A stretch of DNA of 64,000 nt, taken from assembly GCA_944324555.1 (NCBI GenBank), contig CALUWU010000038.1, positions 171 to 64,170 of the forward strand, written 5' to 3'. The translations under genes were made by a program, and so were the position numbers. Positions 18,838 to 27,035 of this stretch are shown here, in pieces. Below the pieces are notes generated by a model. It saw only the letters and a list, made by a program, of their open reading frames with translations, was not told where the DNA came from and searched no databases. Each line of letters starts with the position of its first letter. Position 1 is the stretch's first letter. Origin of the DNA: an uncultured Desulfovibrio sp. (GTDB lineage Bacteria; Desulfobacterota; Desulfovibrionia; Desulfovibrionales; Desulfovibrionaceae).

Positions 18838-19749
18838 ATGGCGGAAGACGCGCTGCGGATCAGGAGCCTGAATGCGGAACTGAAGCGGAAGATGCTTCGC
18901 TACCTTGAAGAACCCCGCATCTATGAGACGCCCGTCGAGGGCTTTCGGCTGGCGCGCCGCGAAGAGGGCGGAACCCCAGAGAAATGCTTTGAAAAACCGC
19001 TGGCCGGGCTGGTTGTGCAGGGGACGAAGCATTCCCATATGGCGGGCGGGGATTTCGTGTATACGGAAAATCAGACCGTCGTCGCGGCGGTGGACATGCC
19101 CATTTCCTCGTACGTCGTCAATCCCTCGCGGGAAAATCCCTTTCTTTTCGTCTATCTGTATCTGGACAGGCGGCTGCTTGCGTCGCTGTCGATGGAAATG
19201 GGCGCGCCGCCGCTCCCGGAAACGGGAGAGCGCTCGGGCGTTTCCGTCGCGGATGCCGGCGCCGATATTCTCGAAATGTTTCTCCGGCTGGTGGAGCTTC
19301 TTGAAAAGCCGGAACAGATCGCCTTTCGCGCTCCGATGATGCTGCGCGAACTGCATTATCTTCTGCTCATCGGCCCGCACGGCGAAACCCTGCGCCGTCT
19401 GAACACGCCCGGAACGCACGACAACAAGGTCGCGCAGGCCGTCAACTGGATACGGGAAAACTACAGGATTCCCATGCAGGTGGAATCGCTGGCGCGGCAG
19501 GTCAACATGTCGCGTTCCACCCTGCACCGTCATTTCAAGTCGCTTACGGGGCTGAGCCCGCTGCAATATCAGAAGCAGCTGCGTCTGTTTGAAGCCCGGC
19601 GGCTGATGCTGCTGGAAAATGAACGGGCTTCCGACGCGGCGCTTTCGGTGGGCTACGAAAGCGTCACGCAGTTCACCCGGGAATACAAGCGGGAGTTCGG
19701 CGAGCCGCCGTTGCGGGACAGGAACCGCCGGCGCGCGGCGGCCGTCTGA
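18838..19749 (+). CDS. AraC-family regulator (YqhC-like, AraC_N domain)
   Basis: VVQGTK, LARQVNMSRSTLHRHFK, SPLQYQKQLRL, VGYESVTQFTREYKREFG. Confidence 0.92.
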   Translation: MAEDALRIRSLNAELKRKMLRYLEEPRIYETPVEGFRLARREEGGTPEKCFEKPLAGLVVQGTKHSHMAGGDFVYTENQTVVAAVDMPISSYVVNPSRENPFLFVYLYLDRRLLASLSMEMGAPPLPETGERSGVSVADAGADILEMFLRLVELLEKPEQIAFRAPMMLRELHYLLLIGPHGETLRRLNTPGTHDNKVAQAVNWIRENYRIPMQVESLARQVNMSRSTLHRHFKSLTGLSPLQYQKQLRLFEARRLMLLENERASDAALSVGYESVTQFTREYKREFGEPPLRDRNRRRAAAV

Positions 19750-19955
19750 GCCGTCCGGCGGGGAACCCGTCCGGCGCGCGGGACGGCCCCGCTCTTTTCC
19801 TTTTGAGCTTTTCAGGCAAGAAATTGCGAGAAATTTGTCTGTTTCCCCGGAGCGGGGCGGCGTATGTTTGCGTCATGAGGCCGTCGCGACATGCCGGCGG
19901 CCGGAAACCGCGCTGTGGCGTTCGCTTGCTGCGCGCGGCGATTCGGGAGGCCCGC

Positions 19956-20819
19956 ATGGCGAAACTGAAGGTTGTTCTTGGCGTAGCGTTGGCGGCGTGC
20001 CTGGCGGCGGGGAGTCTCGTCGCGGCGAACGCGTCCGAAAGAGAAAGGGGAGACGGGACGATGGACAGAGTTCTTACGGCGGAAAAAAACAGGCAGAAAT
20101 TTTTCGGGGAGTCCGCGTCTCCCCTTGCCGGGACGGACCCTGAACTTGCGGCCATGCGCGATCGGCTGTTTTTCGGCGAGATCGTCGAGCGCGGCTCGCT
20201 GACCGACAGGCAGCGGACGCTCGTCGTGCTGACGGCGCTCGTCGCCGGGCAGATGCTGGACGAGGTGAAAGCGCATACGGAAGCGGCCCTGCGCGTGGGC
20301 GTCAGCCCCGAGGAAATCAGGGAGGCCGTCTATCAGTGCGCGCCCTATACGGGTTTTCCCCGGGCGGAAAGCGCCCTGCGCCGCGTCAATGAGGTCTTTG
20401 CGGAAAAGGGCGTGGCCCTGCCGTTGAAAAGCGGCGCCACGACGACGGAAGAGACGCGTTTCAGGGACGGCGTCGCCGTGCAGAAGGCAATTTTCGGCGA
20501 CGCCATCGACAAGATGCACGCCGCCGCGTCCGAAGACAAGAAGGACATTACGGTAAACTATCTTTCGGCCTTCTGCTTCGGCGATATCTATACGCGCGCG
20601 GGGCTTGACCTGAAGATGCGCGAACTGCTGACCTTCAGCATTATCAGCACGCTGGGCGGCTGCGAGGCGCAGGTGAAGGCGCATGTTCAGGGCAACGCGT
20701 CGGTCGGCAATACCAGACAGAATCTTGTGGACGCGCTGGCGCTGCTGCTGCCGTATATCGGCTTTCCCCGCACTCTGAACGCGCTGGGATGCGTCGACGC
20801 CGTCCTGCAGGATTCCTGA
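19956..20819 (+). CDS. Carboxymuconolactone decarboxylase (CMD/AhpD-like) family protein, two domains, signal-peptide-like N-terminus
   Basis: APYTGFPRA and PYIGFPRTLNAL repeats, FCFGDIYTRAGLD; SD ggagg. Confidence 0.82.
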   Translation: MAKLKVVLGVALAACLAAGSLVAANASERERGDGTMDRVLTAEKNRQKFFGESASPLAGTDPELAAMRDRLFFGEIVERGSLTDRQRTLVVLTALVAGQMLDEVKAHTEAALRVGVSPEEIREAVYQCAPYTGFPRAESALRRVNEVFAEKGVALPLKSGATTTEETRFRDGVAVQKAIFGDAIDKMHAAASEDKKDITVNYLSAFCFGDIYTRAGLDLKMRELLTFSIISTLGGCEAQVKAHVQGNASVGNTRQNLVDALALLLPYIGFPRTLNALGCVDAVLQDS

Positions 20820-20835
20820 TTGAGCGGAGGGGAAC

Positions 20836-21399
20836 ATGCTGCGAAATCTTATCATTGCGGCGGGGCTGTCGCTTGTCTTCGGAGGCGCGTCCCTTGTCGG
20901 TACGGCCTCGCCCCTCATGGCGGCGGAGGCGAACAGCCGCGGCGCGAGTGTCGAGACCGGAGGGACGTCCGGCCCGGGGAAGGAGGCGACCATGAAAGAG
21001 AATCTTGGCCCGTTTTCGCGCGGCGAGGCCAATACGGCCTATGCCCGCTACTTTGTGGGCGACAGTTATCTGAACATGCTTTCCACGCAGGGGGTGATCA
21101 TCGGCAATGTGACCTTTGAGCCCGGCTGCCGGAACAACTGGCATGCGCATCATGCCGACGCCGGAGGCGGGCAGATCCTGCTCTGCACCGCCGGGCGCGG
21201 CTGGTATCAGGAATGGGGAAAGCCGGCGCGGGAGCTGCATCCCGGCGACGTCGTGCATATTCCCGCCGGCGTCAAGCACTGGCACGGCGCGGCCCGGGAT
21301 AGCTGGTTCGTGCATCTGGCCGTTGAGGTTCCGGGAACGAACACCCGGAACGAATGGCTTGAGGCCGTCGACGCGGCGGAATACGACAAGCTGCCGTAA
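20836..21399 (+). CDS. Cupin domain protein
   Basis: VTFEPGCRNNWHAH, GQIL, GDVVHIPAGVKHWHGA, EWLEAV. Confidence 0.88.
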   Translation: MLRNLIIAAGLSLVFGGASLVGTASPLMAAEANSRGASVETGGTSGPGKEATMKENLGPFSRGEANTAYARYFVGDSYLNMLSTQGVIIGNVTFEPGCRNNWHAHHADAGGGQILLCTAGRGWYQEWGKPARELHPGDVVHIPAGVKHWHGAARDSWFVHLAVEVPGTNTRNEWLEAVDAAEYDKLP

Positions 21400-21570
21400 G
21401 GCTGATCGCGCCGCGCTCGTCCCCCGGAAAACGGGGGAAACGCGAGATATGCGCGCGCCCCGTTCATCTTCATCATTGATCAAGCGCCGTACAGGTACGC
21501 CTGTGCGGCGCTTGTCGTTCCTGCCGCCGGGAACGGCGCTTCCGGATCGCCGCCGTCGCGGGAAGGGCGA

Positions 21571-21600
21571 TTGACAAGGGGGAGGTCTTGGCGGCAACAT
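21571..21600 (+). promoter_or_regulatory. Possible sigma70 promoter of rel
   Basis: Perfect TTGACA, 18 nt spacer, weak -10 CAACAT. Confidence 0.35.
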
Positions 21601-21686
21601 GAAAGGAAGATGCCAGAATACAGGCATGTCTTCTTTCGACAGGATGTCCGCGCAAGCGGGAAAAACATATTTCGGCAGGGCAGAGC

Positions 21687-23870
21687 ATGATCCGCATTCA
21701 GGAAATTCTCGACAAGGTCGCGGCGCACAATCAGGAAGCCAACCTGGAACTGATTCAGCGCGCCTATGTGTTTGCGGCTTCGGCGCACGCCGGACAGACG
21801 CGTCTTTCCGGGGAACCCTACCTGTCGCATCCGCTGGCCGTGGCCGATACGCTGGCGGAAATGGGTTTTGACGAGCCGACGGTCGCCGCCGGCCTGCTGC
21901 ACGACACGGTGGAAGATACGGGAACCACCATCGAGGATATCGACGAGCAGTTTGGCGAAGAAGTGGCCGACATTGTGGACGGGGTCACGAAAATCAGCAT
22001 GATCCCGTTCGACAACAAGGAAGAGGCCCAAGCGGAAAATATCCGCAAGATGATTCTTGCCATGAGTCACGACATGCGCGTGCTCATGGTGAAGCTGGCC
22101 GACCGCCTGCACAACATGCGGACGCTGGATTTCCAGAAGGCCCACAAGCAGCGGCGCATCGCGCAGGAAACGATGGATATCTACGCGCCGCTGGCCAACC
22201 GTCTCGGCCTGTACATCATGAAGCGCAATCTTGAGGACCTCAGCTTCAAGTACCTGCGCCCGGATATCTACAATCAGATTGATCTCTGGCTGGACAAGCA
22301 TCAGGTCGTGGAAAAGCAGATCATCGAAAAGGTGGTGAACCTGCTGAAGGATCTGCTGGCCTCCAACGACCTGCACGGCGAAATTTACGGCCGTATCAAG
22401 CATAAGTACAGTATTTACAAAAAGATGCAGTCCCAGTCGCTGACGCTGGACGAAATGCACGACATCATGGCCTTTCGCGTCATCGTGAAGGACATCAAGG
22501 ACTGCTACGCCGTTCTGGGGCTTGTGCATTCCCAGTGGAAGCCCGTGCACGGGCGTTTCAAGGATTACATCTCCATGCCCAAGGCCAACGGCTACCAGAG
22601 TCTTCATACGACCGTCATCGGGCCGGAAGGCGAGCGCATCGAGATTCAGATCCGCACGGAGGACATGCACCGGCAGGCCGAGCACGGCGTCGCCGCGCAC
22701 TGGCTCTACAAGGAAAAGGGGCGGGTGCACACTCGCGATCTCGAGCAGTTTTCATGGTTGCGCGAAATCTTTGAGCGGCAGCGCGAGGAGGCGGACTCAC
22801 GCGAATTCATGCACGCCCTCAAGCTGGATCTGTTCAAGGACGAAGTCTACGTCTACACGCCCGCGGGCGACGTGAAGGAACTGCCCGAAGGCGCGACGCC
22901 TCTGGACTTTGCCTACATGATCCACACCAAGGTGGGGCATCATTGTTCCGGGGCCAAGATCAATGGACGGCTGATGCCCCTGGGCACGCCCCTGAAGAAC
23001 GGCGATACGGTGGAAATCATCACCGACAACGCGCGTTCCCCCAATCGCGACTGGCTCAAGATGGTCAAGACCGCCCGCGCGCGCAACCGCATTCAGCATT
23101 ATCTGCGCACGGAAGAGCGCGCCCGCGCGCTGGTTCTGGGCCGGGAACTGCTGGAAAAGGAAGGGCGCAAGGTCAGTCTCAACGTGGCCCGCGCGCTCAA
23201 GGAAGGGCAGCTTGCCGTTGTTGCCGGCGATCTCAATTTCGAGAATGTCGACGAGCTGATCGCGGCCGTGGGCTACGCCCACGTCACGCCCCGGCGGGTG
23301 CTCAACCGGCTGTATGCGGTTCTGCATCCCGAAGATCCGTCGTTGGCTTCGGCCATGAGCCAGGGCAAGGACAAGGAAAAGGAAAGCGCAAGGGAAACGA
23401 AGGAAGAGGCGCCCCGCAAGGCGGCCGACGGCATCAGCCTTTCCGACGGCGTGGACGGCGTTCTCATGCGTTTCGCCAAGTGCTGCAATCCGGTTCCCGG
23501 CGATCCGGTCATCGGGTATGTCAGCCGGGGCATGGGCATTACCGTCCATCGGGCGGACTGTCCCAACGTGGCCAATATGGAGCCGGAACGCCTGATTTCC
23601 GTTCACTGGGACGGACAGGAAGAAAAGCCCTACGACGCGGCGGTGTTCATCATTGCCGAAAATCAGCCCGGCGTGCTGGCTCAGGTGGCCGCCGAACTGG
23701 CGCAACAGCAGATCAACATCAACGAAATTACCAGCAAGAGCCTTGTGGACGGGCGCACGGAACTGCGGCTGACCATTCAGGTTCGCAACGCCTCGCAGCT
23801 CTATGCGATTATCGAAATTATCCGCAAGCTGCCGCATATCCTTGAGGTGGTTCGCGATACGGACGAATAG
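21687..23870 (+). CDS. rel: Bifunctional (p)ppGpp synthetase/hydrolase (RelA/SpoT)
   Basis: HD motif LLHDTVEDT, RFKDY, YQSLHT, TGS domain, CCNPVPGD, C-terminal ACT domain. Confidence 0.96.
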   Translation: MIRIQEILDKVAAHNQEANLELIQRAYVFAASAHAGQTRLSGEPYLSHPLAVADTLAEMGFDEPTVAAGLLHDTVEDTGTTIEDIDEQFGEEVADIVDGVTKISMIPFDNKEEAQAENIRKMILAMSHDMRVLMVKLADRLHNMRTLDFQKAHKQRRIAQETMDIYAPLANRLGLYIMKRNLEDLSFKYLRPDIYNQIDLWLDKHQVVEKQIIEKVVNLLKDLLASNDLHGEIYGRIKHKYSIYKKMQSQSLTLDEMHDIMAFRVIVKDIKDCYAVLGLVHSQWKPVHGRFKDYISMPKANGYQSLHTTVIGPEGERIEIQIRTEDMHRQAEHGVAAHWLYKEKGRVHTRDLEQFSWLREIFERQREEADSREFMHALKLDLFKDEVYVYTPAGDVKELPEGATPLDFAYMIHTKVGHHCSGAKINGRLMPLGTPLKNGDTVEIITDNARSPNRDWLKMVKTARARNRIQHYLRTEERARALVLGRELLEKEGRKVSLNVARALKEGQLAVVAGDLNFENVDELIAAVGYAHVTPRRVLNRLYAVLHPEDPSLASAMSQGKDKEKESARETKEEAPRKAADGISLSDGVDGVLMRFAKCCNPVPGDPVIGYVSRGMGITVHRADCPNVANMEPERLISVHWDGQEEKPYDAAVFIIAENQPGVLAQVAAELAQQQININEITSKSLVDGRTELRLTIQVRNASQLYAIIEIIRKLPHILEVVRDTDE

Positions 23871-24005
23871 CGCTTCTTTCGGCAGACCGGGAACGTCCGC
23901 CGGCGGAAGGGGCCGCGCCGCGTCCCCTTCCGAAGCGGTTCGTTCAGAAAGCTCGATTTCGAAAGGCTGAACGGGGCGCCCCGGAAAGGGGGCCCGGGTA
24001 TTGAG

Positions 24006-24029
24006 CGGCCCGCCCTCCGGGGCGGGCCG
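24006..24029. terminator. GC hairpin downstream of rel
   Basis: cggcccgccc-tccg-gggcgggccg perfect 10-bp stem; no clear U tract. Confidence 0.3.
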
Positions 24030-24185
24030 TCCTGCTGCCGGGGAAAGGCGCGGAAGGGAAGCGCCGGCGGAGGGCTTGTCCGGCGGTTTCGGAGTCGTTT
24101 TTTGAAAGAAGGTTTTTATCAGTTTTTCTATTGATCGAAGATCGGAAGGGAGGCGCGCGATTATGAGATTTTGCATCGTCCGCCC

Positions 24186-24214
24186 TTGCGCGTTCAGCGC
24201 TGGTGGAGTATGGT
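24186..24214 (+). promoter_or_regulatory. Possible sigma70 promoter of the MCP gene
   Basis: TTGCGC-17 nt-TATGGT. Confidence 0.4.
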
Positions 24215-24372
24215 GATGAGAGGTTGCTTTAACTGAAAATCTGTCGATATTGCCTGTGATAAGGCCGCAGGCGCACAGAGGATTTTCCACCCGGGATTTT
24301 GCGAAGTGTTCTTAACGCAACATTGTTTCACGCGGTTTCGTAACGCCGCCACGTTCATGGGGGAATGGAAAA

Positions 24373-26415
24373 ATGCGCTTTACCGTTACGCTTACGCATA
24401 AGTACATTTTTAGCATCTTTGCCGCTCTTCTTCTGCTGGGCTGCGTCCTGTTCTGGGTCAGTATTCATTTCATGGGCAACGCTCTTTATGCCAGCATAGA
24501 ACAGAACGTGATGCGCCTGCAGCGCATGGTGGACACCTACAATACCCAGACGGGAGCCTCCTTCCTCCGTCTGGCGGAGCTGGCCTCGGAAAACGGGACT
24601 ATTGCCGATGCGCTGGAAAAGGGCGATACCGCAGCCGTACAGGCCTTTGCCCGGCATCTGCAGGAGCTTTCCCTGAGCGATTTCTGTACCATTACCGATG
24701 CGAAGGCCATAGCGATGGGCCGCGGTCATTCCGACAAGCACGGCGACAATGTTTCCAATCAGGAAACCGTCATGCGCGCGCTTGCGGGAAGTCCGAACGT
24801 GGATATCGTCGTGGGCACGGTAGTCCCCTTCACCCTGCGCGCATCCGCTCCCGTGCGCCGGAACGGCGAAGTTATCGGCAGCATTTCCATAGGCCGTTCC
24901 CTCTCCAATCCCGCCTATGTGGACGACCTCAAGAAGCTGACCGGGCTTGACGCCACCGTTTTCAAGAACGACACGCGCGTGCAGACGACCCTGTTGCAGG
25001 CGGACGGAACCCGGGGCGTGGGGTCGAAGCTGACGGATCGCAGGATTCTGGACGCCGTATTCACGCAAAAGGAATCTTTTTTCACGCTCAATACCCTGTT
25101 TGAGCAGGAATATGCCTCCTGTTACTGGCCCATGCGCGACGGCAAGGGCGACATCGTGGGCATCTGGTATATCGGCGCGCCGGTCACCAAGATTTTCAAG
25201 CTGCGCGACGACGCCGTGAGCAATACCTTGCTGGCCACGTGTCTTGTGCTGTTCTTCCAGCTTGTGCTTTCGCTGATCATCGGCATTCGCATCGGGCGGC
25301 CGGTCAAGCAGATTACCCGTTACGCGGGCATTGTGGCCGAGAATCCCATGAGCAAGGAAGAACTGCCCATCTACGGCAAGGACGATATGGGTCTTCTGGC
25401 GGATTCGCTGCGTTCCATGATTGAGCGTCTGCAAAAGAATATTTCGCTGGCCGAGCGCAAGAGCGCCGAAGCCGACGCCAGAACCCAGGACGCCCAGAAG
25501 GCCATGAAGGAAGCCGGCGAGGCGCGCGACAAGGCCGAGCGCGCCCGGTGCGACGGCATGCTGGCCGCCGCCGGACAGATCGAGGGCGTCGTGCGGCATA
25601 TCAACGAGGCGCTGGCGAACCTGACGGAACAGGTGCAGACCTCCAACTCCGGCGCCGAACAGTCCGCGGCGCGCCTGTCCGAAACGGCCACCGCCATGGA
25701 AGAAATGAACGCCACCGTGCTGGAAGTGGCCAACAATGCCGATACGGCCTCGGCGGCTTCCTCCCAGACGCGCGACAAGGCCAACAGCGGCGAAGCCGTC
25801 GTACGCAAGGCCGTTCACGCCATTCAGACCGTGCATGACCAGACCCGGCAGCTCAAGGAGGACATGAACGTCCTCGGCGAGCAGGCGCAGGCCATCAACC
25901 GCATCATGGCGGTGATTTCCGACATTGCCGATCAGACGAATCTGCTGGCGCTCAACGCCGCCATTGAGGCCGCCCGCGCGGGCGAGGCCGGACGCGGCTT
26001 TGCCGTCGTGGCCGACGAGGTCCGCAAGCTGGCCGAAAAGACCATGGCGTCCACCGCCGACGTGGGCAACGCCATTCGCGCCATTCAGGACAGCACGTTC
26101 AAGAGCCGGGAACAGGTGGACAAGTCCGTGGATATCATCGCCGAAGCCACGGAGCTGGCCAATCAGTCCGGGCAGGCGCTTCAGGAAATTGTCAGCATGG
26201 TGGACGGCTCCGCCGATCAGGTGCGCGCCATCGCCACGGCCAGCGAAGAACAGTCCGCGGCCTCGGAAGAAATCAACCGCTCCATTATTGAGGTGAACCA
26301 GCTTTCCGCGCGCACGGCCGAGGCCATGCACACCGCCATGTCGGCGCTGGAACAGCTTCAGCAGCAGGCCGACGCGTTGACGCACCTGCTGACGGATATG
26401 AAGAATCAAAGCTAG
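24373..26415 (+). CDS. Methyl-accepting chemotaxis protein with Cache-type sensor and HAMP domain
   Basis: Two TM helices, [38 protein letters not shown]. Confidence 0.95.
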   Translation: MRFTVTLTHKYIFSIFAALLLLGCVLFWVSIHFMGNALYASIEQNVMRLQRMVDTYNTQTGASFLRLAELASENGTIADALEKGDTAAVQAFARHLQELSLSDFCTITDAKAIAMGRGHSDKHGDNVSNQETVMRALAGSPNVDIVVGTVVPFTLRASAPVRRNGEVIGSISIGRSLSNPAYVDDLKKLTGLDATVFKNDTRVQTTLLQADGTRGVGSKLTDRRILDAVFTQKESFFTLNTLFEQEYASCYWPMRDGKGDIVGIWYIGAPVTKIFKLRDDAVSNTLLATCLVLFFQLVLSLIIGIRIGRPVKQITRYAGIVAENPMSKEELPIYGKDDMGLLADSLRSMIERLQKNISLAERKSAEADARTQDAQKAMKEAGEARDKAERARCDGMLAAAGQIEGVVRHINEALANLTEQVQTSNSGAEQSAARLSETATAMEEMNATVLEVANNADTASAASSQTRDKANSGEAVVRKAVHAIQTVHDQTRQLKEDMNVLGEQAQAINRIMAVISDIADQTNLLALNAAIEAARAGEAGRGFAVVADEVRKLAEKTMASTADVGNAIRAIQDSTFKSREQVDKSVDIIAEATELANQSGQALQEIVSMVDGSADQVRAIATASEEQSAASEEINRSIIEVNQLSARTAEAMHTAMSALEQLQQQADALTHLLTDMKNQS

Positions 26416-26602
26416 GTTCAGGACTCATTACGTTTTTTTGAGGGGGAAGAAACCCCTTTGCTCTGCTGTCGATGCCCGTAAGGCGCCAAGGCGCCTTACG
26501 GGCACGGCCTGCGGCCGCCCGTCGGGTCGCTGCTCGCGGCAAAAAGGGCCCAGCCTTTCCGCAGCGAAGCGAGGAAAGGCGTTCCCGTAGTTTCCCCTCA
26601 AA
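26412..26602. repeat. Composite intergenic element: CTAG-anchored end plus a hairpin interrupted by palindromic cassettes
   Basis: Outer arms tttgagggg/cccctcaaa; perfect 15-bp IR 26473-26504; gcctttcc/ggaaaggc stem 26553-26580; first 40 nt shared with 4576-4615. Confidence 0.7.
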
Positions 26603-26719
26603 CTCCCCCATCTTCCCCAAAAACCGCTCTATTTTACGGACAGGCGAGGACAAAATCTTTCGTTGCAGAATATTCCTGCGGCGCGAAAGAAAGCCGTCGT
26701 CCTGGACATGCTATTCCGC

Positions 26720-26760
26720 AGAAGGGGGGAGAGGAATCTTTGATTCCTCTCCCCCCTTCT
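26720..26760. repeat. Perfect 19-bp hairpin (REP-like or bidirectional terminator)
   Basis: agaaggggggagaggaatc-ttt-gattcctctccccccttct, between convergent mcp and clpV. Confidence 0.7.
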
Positions 26761-26918
26761 TGTGTTGGGTTATAACAAAAGTTCTGCAAAAGACGGAGGT
26801 ACAACCCGCCGGTCGGGTCTTGCCTGCGCTACCGGGGGACGGGGGCGCGCGGAAAAGCGTCGGCGCCGCGCCGGGCGCCCGTTGTTCTGAAGAAAAGTTT
26901 TCGGGAGAGGGAGGGGGC

Positions 26919-26966
26919 GCGGGGGAGGGAGAGCCCCTTTTTCAAAAGGGGCTCTCCCTCCCCCGC
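26919..26966. repeat. Perfect 23-bp hairpin (REP-like)
   Basis: gcgggggagggagagcccctttt-tc-aaaaggggctctccctcccccgc. Confidence 0.75.
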
Positions 26967-27035
26967 ATAATCCCCGCCAATTCCTCCCTCGTCGCGTTTT
27001 TGCGTTGTTGTTGCTGTATTGCGTTGCGGTTCGGA

